Origin: Macrostomum hystrix
Lineage: Eukaryota > Animalia > Platyhelminthes
DNA: 64,000 nucleotides
Assembly (NCBI GenBank): GCA_950097015.1
Contig: CATNEN010000041.1
Coordinates: 1,550,001 to 1,614,000, forward strand
Reading direction: 5' to 3'
Part shown: in pieces, positions 10,670 to 22,900 of the stretch
Numbering within the stretch: the stretch's first letter is position 1
How the letters are laid out: each line of letters starts with the position of its first letter
The notes under the pieces: model-generated
The model's input: the letters and a program-made list of their open reading frames with translations, nothing else
What the model was told of the DNA's origin: nothing
Database searches by the model: none
Program-made: the position numbers and the translations under genes

Positions 10670-11838
10670 GTATGTTCTGTGTTCAGGTTCTAGATTTACT
10701 TTCATCATTCATCTATATTCTGTGCTCAGGTTCTAGATTTACTTTCATCATTCATCTATATTCTGTGTTCAGGTTCTAGATTTACTTTCATCATTCATCT
10801 ATATTCTGTGTTCAGGTTCTAGATTTACTTTCATCATTCATCTATATTCTGTGCTCAGGTTCTAGATTTACTTTCATCATTCATCTATATTCTGTGTTCA
10901 GGTTCTAGATTTACTTTCATCATTCATCTATATTCTGTGCTCAGGTTCTAGATTTACTTTCATCATTCATCTATATTCTGTGTTCAGGTTCTTGATTTAC
11001 TTTCATCATTCATCTATATTCTGTGTTCAGGTTCTAGATTTACTTTCATCATTCATCTATATTCTGTGTTCAGGTTCTAGATTTACTTTCATCATTCATC
11101 TATATTCTGTGCTCAGGTTCTAGATTTACTTTCATCATTCATCTATATTCTGTGCTCAGGTTCTAGATTTACTTTCATCATTCATCTATATTCTGTGTTC
11201 AGGTTCTAGATTTACTTTCATCATTCATCTATATTCTGTGTTCAGGTTCTAGATTTACTTTCATCATTCATCTATATTCTGTGTTCAGGTTCTAGATTTA
11301 CTTTCATCATTCATCTATATTCTGTGCTCAGGTTCTAGATTTACTTTCATCATTCATCTATATTCTGTGTTCAGGTTCTAGATTTACTTTCATCATTCAT
11401 CTATATTCTGTGTTCAGGTTCTAGATTTACTTTCATCATTCATCTATATTCTGTGTTCAGGTTCTAGATTTACTTTCATCATTCATCTATATTCTGTGCT
11501 CAGGTTCTAGATTTACTTTCATCATTCATCTATATTCTGTGTTCAGGTTCTAGATTTACTTTCATCATTCATCTATATTCTGTGTTCAGGTTCTAGATTT
11601 ACTTTCATCATTCATCTATATTCTGTGTTCAGGTTCTAGATTTACTTTCATCATTCATCTATATTCTGTGTTCAGGTTCTAGATTTTCTGCGAAAAAATG
11701 TCAAAGTATAAAATCAAAAGAGCCAATTAGATTGCCATAAAATTGTTTTTTACATATTCAGTTTTCCAATGCCATTATTTTTATGTAAACTCCTGTAAGA
11801 GAATAAGAGTTCCCTACCTGCTCCAGGCCTCCCAGTCG

Positions 11839-14800
11839 ATGTTTGTGGTGCTCGTGCACCCCAACCTGAAGCTGTTTGTCCGAGCCCTGAACTCGCTGGC
11901 TCGCCTAGGTGAGGAGCTCTACCTGGAGTTCGACCCGGCGTCTGTGCTGGCGAAGACTGTGAACTCAGGCCGGTCCGCCTACGCCGAGTTCACTTTTAGG
12001 CCAGAGTTCTTCCACCGCCACAGCCTGGCCGAGGCGGCCGACCGGCCTGAGGAGTCGCTGCGTTGCAAGATCCCCGTCAAGGCCTACAGGCAGACCTTCC
12101 GCTCCCTGGGCCACATCGACCGCTCTGTGGAGCGTTGCCGCATCGAGCTGGACGGGCCTGCCAGGCGGCTAACGGTGAGGCCAGCTGATTATCTGTGTCG
12201 CTCAAACTCTTTGGCTTCACATTCTCCACTCCGAAAAGCTTTATGGGCTGACCCCTGAAGCTACCAACCCGAACCCTGAAGCTACCAACCCGAACCCTAA
12301 AGCTACCAACCCGAACCCTAAAGCTACCAACATGAATCCTGAAGAACCCAAACCGAACCCTGAAGCTGCCAACCCGAACCCTGAAGCTACCAACCCGAAA
12401 CCTGAAGCTACCAACATGAATCCTGAAGCTAACAACCCGAACCCTGAAGCTACCAACCCGAACCCTGAAGCTAACAACCCGAAACCTGAAGCTACCAACA
12501 TGAATCCTGAAGCACCCAAACCGAACCCTGAAGCTGCCAACCCGAACCCTGAAGCTACCAACATGAATCCTGAAGCTAACAACCCAAACCCTGAAGCTAC
12601 CAACCCGAACCCTGAAGCTAACAACCCGAACCCTGAAGCTACCAACATGAATCCTGAAGCACCCAAACCGAACCCTGAAGCTAACAACCCGAACCCTGAA
12701 GCTAACAACCCGAACCCTGAAGCTAACAACCCGAACCCTGAAGCTACCAACATGAATCCTGAAGCACCCAAACCGAACCCTGAAGCTGCCAACCCGAACC
12801 CTGAAGCTACCAACCCGAAACCTGAAGCTACCAACATGAATCCTGAAGCTAACAACCCGAACCCTGAAGCTACCAACCCGAACCCTGAAGCTAACAACCC
12901 GAAACCTGAAGCTACCAACATGAATCCTGAAGCACCCAAACCGAACCCTGAAGCTGCCAACCCGAACCCTGAAGCTACCAACCCGAAACCTGAAGCTACC
13001 AACATGAATCCTGAAGCTAACAACCCGAACCCTGAAGCTACCAACCCGAACCCTGAAGCTAACAACCCGAACCCTGAAGCTACCAACCCGAACCCTGAAG
13101 CTACCAACCCGAACCCTGAAGCTACCAACCCGAACCCTGAAGCTACCAACATGAATCCTGAAGCACCCAAACCGAACCCTGAAGCTGCCAACCCGAACCC
13201 TGAAGCTACCAACCCGAAACCTGAAGCTACCAACATGAATCCTGAAGCTAACAACCCGAACCCTGAAGCTACCAACCCGAACCCTGAAGCTACCAACTTG
13301 AATCCTGAAGCACCCAAACCTGAATTCTGATGCTGCCCACCTGATCTTAAAACTATCAATCCAGATCCTAAAGCTATCAATAAATGTTCAGAAGCTATCA
13401 ATCCATGTTCAGAAGCTATCAATAAATGTTCAGAAGCTATCAATCCATGTTCAGAAGCTATCAATCCATGTTCAGAAGCTATCAATCCATGTTCAGAAGC
13501 TATCAATCCATGTTCAGAAGCTATCCATTCATGTTCAGTAGCTATCAATCCATGTTCAGAAGCTATCAATCCATGTTCAGTAGCTATCAATCCATGTTCA
13601 GAAGCTATCCATCCATGTTCAGTAGCCATCAATCCATGTTCAGTAGCTATCAATCCATGTTCAGAAGCTATCTATCCATGTTGGTAGGCAGGTTTTGAAT
13701 TGAATTTGTATATAATTTGAAAACTTGAAGCGGATTTGAAACTGCAGGTGCAGTTCCAGTGCCGCATGGGTATCAGCAAGCTGCATCAGCTGTACGTGCT
13801 GGAGTGCGAGTGCCTGCAGGCCGTAGTCAGCCGTCCTGCTGGCCGCTTCACCCGCCTGTCGATTCGACCGAAACTGTTGGCCGATCTGATTACGCAGAAC
13901 TTCCAGACCTCTCAGGAGGAGCTGACGGTGACCTGCCAGCCTCGCAGCTGCGTCATCTGCAGCTACTGCGACAACGGCGTCCCGGCCGCGGGCTCCGTGC
14001 AGACGACGCTGAGCCTCCGGCCTGAGGAGTTTCACGAGTACCGGCCGGCAGGCTCTCGCGGCGTCACCTTCTGCCAGCGCGAGCTGCGCTGTCTGCTAAT
14101 GTTTGGCGACTGGCAGGTAGGGTCCGGGTGGACTTACGCGCGTTGGAGACACTTTTTATTCAGGAGGGACACATGTTATTCTAGGTCACAGGTCATTCTG
14201 GAGAGACATGGGTCATTTAGGAAGCATACAGGACATTTAAGAGTGACACAGGTCATTCAGGAGGGACACTGGTCATTCAGGAGGGACACAGGTCATTCAG
14301 GAGGGACACAGGTCATTCAGGAGGGACACAGGTCATTCAGGAGGGACACAGGTCATTCAGGAGGGACACTGGTCATTCAGGAGAGACATGGGTCATTTAG
14401 GAAGCATACAGGACATTTAAGAGCCTCCGGCCTGAGGAGTTTCACGAGTACCGGCCGGCAGGCTCTCGCGGCGTCACCTTCTGCCAGCGCGAGCTGCGCT
14501 GTCTGCTAATGTTTGGCGACTGGCAGGTAGGGTCCGGGTGGACTTACGCGCGTTGGAGACACTTTTTATTCAGGAGGGACACATGTTATTCTAGGTCACA
14601 GGTCATTCTGGAGAGACATGGGTCATTTAGGAAGCATACAGGACATTTAAGAGTGACACAGGTCATTCAGGAGGGACACTGGTCATTCAGGAGGGACACA
14701 GGTCATTCAGGAGGGACACAGGTCATTCAGGAGGGACACAGGTCATTCAGGAGGGACACAGGTCATTCAGGAGGGACACTGGTCATTCAGGAGAGACATG

Positions 14801-16384
14801 GGTCATTTAGGAAGCATACAGGACATTTAAGAGTGACACAGGTCATTCAGGAGGGACACTGGTCATTCAGGAGGGACACTGGTCATTCAGGAGGGACACA
14901 GGTCATTCAGGAGGGACACAGGTCATTCAGGAGGGACACTGGTCATTCAGGAGGGACACAGGTCATTCAGGAGGGACACTGGTCATTCAGGAGAGACATG
15001 GGTCATTTAGGAAGCATACAGGACATTTAAGAGTGACACAGGTCATTCAGGAGGGACACTGGTCATTCAGGAGGGACACAGGTCATTCAGGAGGGACACA
15101 GGTCATTCAGGAGGGACACTGGTCATTCAGGAGGGACACTGGTCATTCAGGAGGGACACAGGTCATTCAGGAGGGACACTGGTCATTCAGGAGAGACATG
15201 GGTCATTTAGGAAGCATACAGGACATTTAAGAGTGACACAGGTCATTCAGGAGGGACACTGGTCATTCAGGAGGGACACAGGTCATTCAGGAGGGACACA
15301 GGTCATTCAGGAGGGACACTGGTCATTCAGGAGGGACACAGGTCATTCAGGAGGGACACTGGTCATTCAGGAGGGACACTGGTCATTCAGGAGGGACACT
15401 GGTCATTCAGGAGGGACACTGGTCATTCAGGAGGGACACTGGTCATTTAGGAATCATACAGGTCATTCAGGAGTCATAAAAAAGAGTCTTAATTATATGA
15501 TCATAAATTTTAGTGCCTAAAGCAGTCTGCCTTTTACTATTCCTAAAAGCGGTTCCCTGTTCCCATCTTCCGCCTAGGCCCCGGCCTCTTTTCCCCTCGA
15601 AATTGAGTTCGAACGGCCGGGCCGGCCCGTGCTGTTCTATTACCGCTGCCCGGAGATGGCCTTCGAAGGCCGCTACGTTCTGTCCACTCTGGCCGAGCCC
15701 TCCGTCACCAGCGCCTTGGCCAGCGAGGCTGCCGACACTGAGTCCGAGCTCTCCACTGGCTCCCAGCTCACTGTCACCACATCCTCGCTAGCTGACGGCC
15801 ATTCCGGTGTTCGCCGACCTCAACAGCGGCAGCGGCAGCAGCAGCAGAAAAAGCGTCCGGCACCGCCATCGCTCTCGCCATCGCCGTCGGCTTCGCCAAC
15901 CTCGCCGTTGGCGTCTCAGGCTAGCAGCGTCGGCCACCGGTCCGCGGTGCTCGAGAACGTACCCCCGCCGCCGCCGCCGACGTCGACTCGCCACGGAGTT
16001 GTCGATTTTGACGAGGATGGCGATGATGATGAAGGTGACGAGACCATCGGGCCCTCACCATCGTCGGCTACTCCGCTGAGATCTGAAGAAGCTCGCGGTG
16101 GTGGTGACGGCCGACGGGGCGGTCGCTTGCCGCTGCTGTCGATGCTGCAGGCGGAGTCGCCGGAGCTGGACGCGGAATTTGACGAAGTCGGTCGGTCCGG
16201 CCCGCCGCAGCAGGTGTCGCAGTGGTCGCCGCATTCGCCAGTGTTCAGCGGCCCGCCGGCCGGTCGATTCGGCAGCAAACCCGGTGTCGGTCGAGCGAAT
16301 GCGCTGTCGAAGCAGCAGCAGCAACTGGCGCCGCTGTCTTCATCGCGAATTCTCGTGCCGGACTCTGATGGTGAAGACTATTGA
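11839..16384 (+). CDS. RAD9: Cell-cycle checkpoint protein RAD9 (9-1-1 clamp), 503 aa, 3 coding exons
   Basis: join(11839..12174,13748..14116,15578..16384), all phase 0 with GT-AG. Motifs LARLGEELYLE, TVNSGRSAYAEF, LRCKI, VTFCQRELR, FERPGRP, RYVLSTL; low-complexity tail ending PDSDGEDY, resembling the human EDSEGE phosphosite. Confidence 0.95.
12250..13325. repeat. 21-bp minisatellite with higher-order variants (RAD9 intron 1)
   Basis: Unit ccctgaagctaccaacccgaa and recurring variants. Confidence 0.95.
13370..13680. repeat. 21-bp minisatellite (RAD9 intron 1)
   Basis: Unit atccatgttcagaagctatca. Confidence 0.93.
14011..14830 (+). repeat. 410-bp tandem duplication of the 3' part of RAD9 exon 2 plus the start of intron 2
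   Basis: gagcctccggcctgagg at 14011 and 14421; ATG of MFGDWQ at 14099 and 14509. Confidence 0.9.
14156..15470 (+). repeat. 20-bp minisatellite (RAD9 intron 2)
   Basis: Unit ggtcattcaggagggacaca with periodic longer spacer units. Confidence 0.95.
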
Positions 16385-16964
16385 GTCAGTGTGCTATGCA
16401 TTGAGTTGTTTCTGATATTCACCTTCCTGTCACGTGATTTGTGCAGTTTTTCTTTGTTATTAAAAATATTTTTTGCGCATTTTTGTTGCAAATGTTTAGT
16501 GTAAACAATTTTTTAGTAAATTCTTTACCATCTTTACTTGTATTTTTGCCCAGTTTCTCAAATGTTCAAAAGTTGCATTTGGAGTCAGTCTGTTGTGCTC
16601 AAGTTTATTTTCCTTTTTGAAAGTAATGCATATTCCAGTTATGTTACTTACAGTGGTAATTCTAGTTTTTTGTTCGCAAACTTTTTCCCTAAACTTTTTA
16701 TGCATAAAATGGCAGCGCGCTTCCTGCACGGTTTATAGCAATTAGAATGCAGCAACGAGCATCTCCTTTATTTATTTGGCATCAGCTGCAGCTGTAAGGG
16801 AGCTTGCAGTCCATTTATTAAAGCCACTGTGACGAGCGTTTAGTTTTCCAATGACTAATTATTAGTCACTTCAAATCAATTACAATCTTATTGCAGCAAT
16901 TGACACCTGAGTTGACACCAGGCCATTGCTAGGGACAGAAGCAATCTATTTGAGCACAACACAG

Positions 16965-19900
16965 ATGAGCTGCGATCAACTGTCCGCGTCGCCCCTGCGG
17001 CTCCCCCTGTCCGATCCGCCGCAGTCGGGCGCCGACGAAGCCGCGGTTGCCGCCGCCTTCGGCGCTGCCGAACGGCAACTCGCCGAATTCTGCGCCCAGC
17101 AGTCCAGCAACTTCCGCCCCGCCCTGGCCCAGCCCGAGTTGGACATTGGCCGCCTCCTGGCGCACCTCACCCGACCTGACCTGCCCTCCGGCCTGGCTGT
17201 GCTTTGCCTCCGCTGCCTGCGCCTGCTGTGCCGCCACCGCCCCAACCTGGAGGCCTGCGACCCGAGCCGCTTCCTTGACGCCGGCCTGGACTGCCTGCTC
17301 TCTCGAAGCGGTCTCGCCGACATCATCGCCGGCTTTAAAGGCAAGCCGCCGCCAGCCGAACAGCTGACGGAGAGCCTGATGTGCCTGTGCAATCTGGGCA
17401 TCCAGCTGGACGGCCTTGTACAGCGCCTGGTTGACCTTCGCTGCCCGCCTGCCCTGCTGACTCGAGCCCGCAACCTCAAAGCAGACAGCCTGGAGCTGGA
17501 CTGGCCAGGATTCGACCTGCGCCTGCTGTTCCTGCTGACCGCCAAGTGCCCGGCTGCCAGGCGTGAGCTGCGCTACCTCAACAGTGGCATCGCACACCTC
17601 ACCGACCTGCTGCAGCTGGCCAGCGAGCCACAGCTGCTCACCGACAAGAGATGCGACCTACTCAGTGAACTGCTCAAAATCATCTACACTCTGGCTGCCG
17701 GATCTGCACCAACAGACGATGCTAGTCAGGATGAGACTCAGGTGAGGATTGTAATTAGCTATCGCTTTGAATCTGCTTCTCTGAAAGCCTTTTTTCCTTT
17801 ATAAATGACCTGTGTCCCTCCTGAATGACCTGTGTCCCTCCTGAATGACCCGTGTCCCTCCTGAATGACCGGTGTCCCTCCTGAATGACCCGTGTCCCTC
17901 CTGAATGACCGGTGTCCCTCCTGAATGACCTGTGTCCCTCCTGAATAACCCGTGTCCTTCCTGAATAGCCTGTGTCCTTCCTGAATGGCCTGTGTTCTTC
18001 CTGAATGGCCTGTGTCCTTCCTGAATGGCCTGTGTCCTTCCTGAATGACCTGTGTCCTTCCTGAATGGCCTGTGTCCTTCCTGAATGACCTGTGTCCTTC
18101 CTGAATGGCCTGTGTCCTTCCTGAATGACCTGTGTCCTTCCTGAATGGCCTGTGTCCTTCCTGAATGACCTGTGTCCTTCTTGAATGACCTGTGTCCTTC
18201 TTGAATGACCTGTGTCCTTCCTAAATGACCTTTGTCCTTCTTGAATGACCTGTGTCCTTCTTGAATGACCTGTGTCCTTCCTAAATGACCTTTGTCCTTC
18301 TTGAATGACCTTTGTCCTTCCTCAATGACCCATGTCCGTCTTGTGTGGCCTGTATCTATTAAGTGAGCATCTAAAACGTGCAATGTCCCGCAGGTGGAGG
18401 GCGAGCAGGCGGCCTTTCAGCAGCTGGCTGGTCTGCTGCGCCGCCTGCTGCTGGCCGCATGCCACAGCCCGGACCGGCGGGACCGGCTGACCCAGCACTG
18501 CGTGAGCATCATGCTGTGCCTGCCGCAGTCCAGCTTCAACTGTTTGCTGACTGGCGAGGGGGCGGCCGCGCCAGAGGACAGCCCGGCTGTCCCGCTAACT
18601 GGCGGCGACGCTAACTTTGAAGGCAAAGGTGTTGAGGCCATAGATGTTGTGCTGGCCTACCTGGACATTCGGCTGGCCCTCTTTTCATCGTCTTGCAGCG
18701 CCGATTCCAAGGCCTTATCTGCCCTACCGCCCGGCGTGTCAGTGACCGGCGGCGCCCTGGAGAACCTGGTGCCCGTGCTCTCAGCACTGTTCGAGGCCTG
18801 CCGCTCCTCCAGGAGGATCCGGCGATACTGCAAGCACCGCCTGCTGCCAAAGCGAAGCCGCGACCAGCTTAACAAGCTCCCGGAGGAAGGTGAGGTCCTG
18901 ATGCTTCTTCATCTAATCCCAAATCCAAAATTTTATCTGAACCTACGGCTGACCAGTTTCTGTATTGACCTACAGCTGACCAGTTTCTGTATTGACCTAC
19001 AGCTGACCAGTTTCTGTATTGACCTACAGCTGACCAGTTTCTGTATTGACCTACAGCTGACCAGTTTCTGTATTGACCTACAGTTGACCAGTTTCTGTAT
19101 TGTCCTACAGCTGACCAGTTTCTGTATTGTCCTACAGCTGACCAGTTTCTGTATTGTCCTACAGATGACCAGTTTCTGTATTGACCTACAGCTGACCAGT
19201 TTCTGTATTGTCCTACAGATGACCAGTTTCTGTATTGTCCTACAGCTGACCAGTTTCTGTATTGTCCTACAGCTGACCAGTTTCTGTATTGTCCTACAGC
19301 TGACCAGTTTCTGTATTGTCCTACAGCTGACCAGTTTCTGTATTGACCTACAGCTGACCAGTTTCTGTATTGTCCTACAGCTGACCAGTTTCTGTATTGT
19401 CCTACAGCTGACCAGTTTCTGTATTGACCTACAGCTGACCAGTTTCTGTATTGACCTACAGCTGACCAGTTTCTGTATTGTCCTACAGCTGACCAGTTTC
19501 TGTATTGATCTACAGCTGACCAGTTTCTGTATTGACCTACAGCTGACCAGTTTCTGTATTGACCTACAGCTGACCAGTTTCTGTATTGTCCTACAGCTGA
19601 CCAGTTTCTGTATTGTCCTACAGCTGACCAGTTTCTGTATTGACCTACAGCTGACCAGTTTCTGTATTGTCCTACAGCTGACCAGTTTCTGTATTGACCT
19701 ACAGCTGACCAGTTTCTGTATTGTCCTACAGCTGACCAGTTTCTGTATTGACCTACAGCTGACCAGTTTCTGTATTGTCCTACAGCTGACCAGTTTCTGT
19801 ATTGTCCTACAGCTGACCAGTTTCTGTATTGACCTACAGCTGACCAGTTTCTGTATTGTCCTACAGCTGACCAGTTTCTGTATTGTCCTACAGCTGACCA

Positions 19901-22900
19901 GTTTCTGTATTGACCTACAGCTGACCAGTTTCTGTATTGACCTGTCACTCACTTGCAGCTGTTCCGTATTCTCTTTGACCCCTTGCTGACTGACTATTTC
20001 GCATCTGCCCGGCCCGCAGGCTCGTCGATGTGTAGCCGGCTGTGCCGCACCCTGACCCACCCGTGCACCCAGGCGGCCGACATGTCCGCCAGTCTGGTGC
20101 ATACCCTGTGCAAGGGCAGCATCGCCAGGGCTGTGCGTCACACCGGCTACGGCAACTTCGCCGGCTTCCTCGCTCGCCGCGGCCTCATGGGCGGCCCAAT
20201 GCCCGCAGCGACCTCGGCGTACAGCTCCGACTCCTCCCAGGACGACGATGAGGATGTGGAGGACGACATCGAGCAGGAAGGCGAAGAGGGTCAAGGCGAA
20301 GTCAATGGCAGTAAGTATTCAGCTGATATTTTTCTAACTTAACTCACTCGTAGTTTACACTAGCTGCGTGAGCTCAACCACCTAAGCATTCACTCACACC
20401 ATCCGCCACATTCACTCACATTTGCATCCACTCCATTCTAGCTGCGTGAGCAGTTAGACTCAAACACGCTCATAGATTTCACCTGCTTTGGAGCAGATGA
20501 AATCAAGGCAAGGGGAGTCAACAAAGGTAGATTATCAAACGGCATGGTTTACCTCGTAAAAAATAATATTGCAAAGAGAAGCACATTGGTGCACAAATCT
20601 GACTTCGCTCTGGTACTAAAAATAAAGCAAAAGCAGTCTGAAGAACCTCTGTATATCTTAGGGTGTTACATCCCACCGGAAAATTCTAAATACTACAAGG
20701 AAGATATATGGTGACTCCGTATTAACAGTAGGTGACTTCAATGCACGAACTGGCACATTACAGTCCAGCACTAGGGATAAGTTTCCCAGACTAAGACTGA
20801 TGGAAATGTGCTCCGAGACCAAGAGCACGATTCTGAACGGAATGACTCAGGGTGACATTATGGGAAATTACAAGTTTAGTAGCACACTAGGCCGAAGTAC
20901 CATAGACTACGCCATTGCATCAATGGATAAAGTGGATATTATAAAATACTTCTTTATTCATCCTCAAAGCTTTCTGTCCAGACATTGCCCGCTAACAGTC
21001 ACTCTGATTTTTCCTGATCATGTCCAACCAGAACACGCAAACCAGGAAAAACATCAATCCTTCCCAATGCCTCCAAGATGGGACACTGAAACGCAGGGAA
21101 GTTACATTGAGGCATTGAATAACAAACAAAGCGAAGAAATAATTAGGGGGCGAGTGGGTCAGCGGCTAACGTCGCTGCCTCGCACTCCAAAGGACGCTAG
21201 TTCGATTCACCCTAGCCTTTAAGTCACGATTAATTTCGGGGCTTGTTGGGAGGTTTGGACAGTAGCGACCGGCGGAGGTACACCATATTTCGTGCAATCA
21301 AAGCTTGAAATAATAGCTTCGCTCCTACCTTCTGTGTGCCTGTTCTGCGTTGTGTGAGTTGTGTGCGTTGGCGCTGGGGCGTGAGACCTTGCGGGGGGTG
21401 GCTGGAGGGCGGGTGTACACCGCCGCGCGCTTTCTGGACTTCCGTCAGCGCGATTGGATAAGTGTACACTCATCACCCGGCCCCCCCTGAGGACTGATTT
21501 CTTATCAGCCTTCCGCCCCGGCTTGGTCTGCCATGTGCGTGTGGGGCTGGGGTGGGGGACACTGCTGCCTATTCTGGGTGCCTCCTGCCCTCCCCGGCTG
21601 GTCTGTGCTGCTGTGTGTGGTGCCTGCTCAGGGGAGGCGGCGCGATGGGCGCAAAAGCGCCTAGTTCGCCGGTCTGGGGGCGTGCCGCTCCGTCGCTTGT
21701 GCGACAAGTGCCCCGGGCCCCCCTGCAAATATATAGAGAGATAGAAGAAATAATTAGAAAGTTGCAATCTATTGACGCACACGATGGAGAATCCCTGGAA
21801 AATTTGTTCTCGAGCTTGACCAACCTGCTTAGAGACTCAGCGGCAGAAAGCTGCGCAAAGACTATCATTCCGAATTAGTTCTGGACAAATCGAGACGAGA
21901 CACTAAGAAACTTGAGCAAATCATTAAGGTACGTGGCCAGGAAAAAAAGACGTAGACCAACTGACAGTGCGCTGGCATCTGAATATAATGGGCTAGCAAA
22001 AAATACAAACAACAGCTCAAGAAAATGAAGCAGATGGACATAAATGACTGCATTCAGAAAATGGCGGCTAACGGAACCTCAAAGGGATTCTGGCCCGGTC
22101 TTAGAAGAGCAGAAGAGTTGCTGTTCCCCAGCAAGAGACTAGCAGATCTCAAGCCCCAATCGCTGACATCGCGGACAACCTAACCAAAGTATTTAACGCA
22201 CACCCTTCTTCGGGAACCCAGCCGCATTGCACAGATGAAGCAGTTAGTCCCGAAGATTTAATTAGCTGCGTAGATCTCGATAGAGCAGTTAAAAAGCTAA
22301 AGAGAAGAAAGGCTGCAGGAATAGATGGTATAACAAATGAGCACATTATCTGCGGACAAGAGAAGCTAAAACCCGTACTTATGAAGCTATTTAACGCAAG
22401 CGTAAGACTCGGCCAGACTCCTGCACAGTGGTCAAATGCCCTAATCACACCGATTTATAAAAAGGGTTCCCGTAGTGACCCCAAAAACTACAGACCCATG
22501 AGCGTGCTGCCTGCCCTGGCTCGCCTGTTTGCCTCACTTATCTATGAAAAGCTAGAAACTCATATTCGCACCCTCGACTTGCTTTCAGCTATTTAACGCT
22601 ATTTAACGCAACTTGCTATACTGCGATGATCTAGTGATCTTTGGAGAGAATCCTCGAGAGCTGCAGAAGGGCCTCGATAAAGTGTCTGAATTTAGTCAGA
22701 GCCACAAGCTAGAAATCAATATGCAAAAAACTAAGGTTATTAGCTGCTGCCCTGACCCATCAAAGACGGCTAACAAACTATTTCTGCAGGGACAACTGTT
22801 AGATGGCGTCAAAGAATGGAAATATCTTGGCTTTCACATCAATGCTAACGGAACCGTGGATTCCCATGCCACAGAGATTAACAAAAAATGTGGATACCCT

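Larger units (their letters stand above)
9284..10674. mobile_element. Non-autonomous DNA transposon (hAT- or P-like), 1391 bp
   Basis: Perfect 14-bp TIR CATACATGCGCAAC (9284..9297) / GTTGCGCATGTATG (10661..10674); 8-bp TSD TTCTGTGT at 9276..9283 and 10675..10682; subterminal CCGGCCG motifs at both ends; no transposase. Confidence 0.93.
9168..11685. repeat. 43-bp satellite array (about 3 + 23 copies) interrupted by a transposon at 9284..10674
   Basis: Unit tttactttcatcattcatctatattctgtgttcaggttctaga, present on both sides of the insertion. Confidence 0.95.

Noticed and set aside
9168-11685. Regular repeat arrays as CRISPR loci
   Set aside because: Units are head-to-tail with no unique spacers, there are no cas genes, and the context is eukaryotic.
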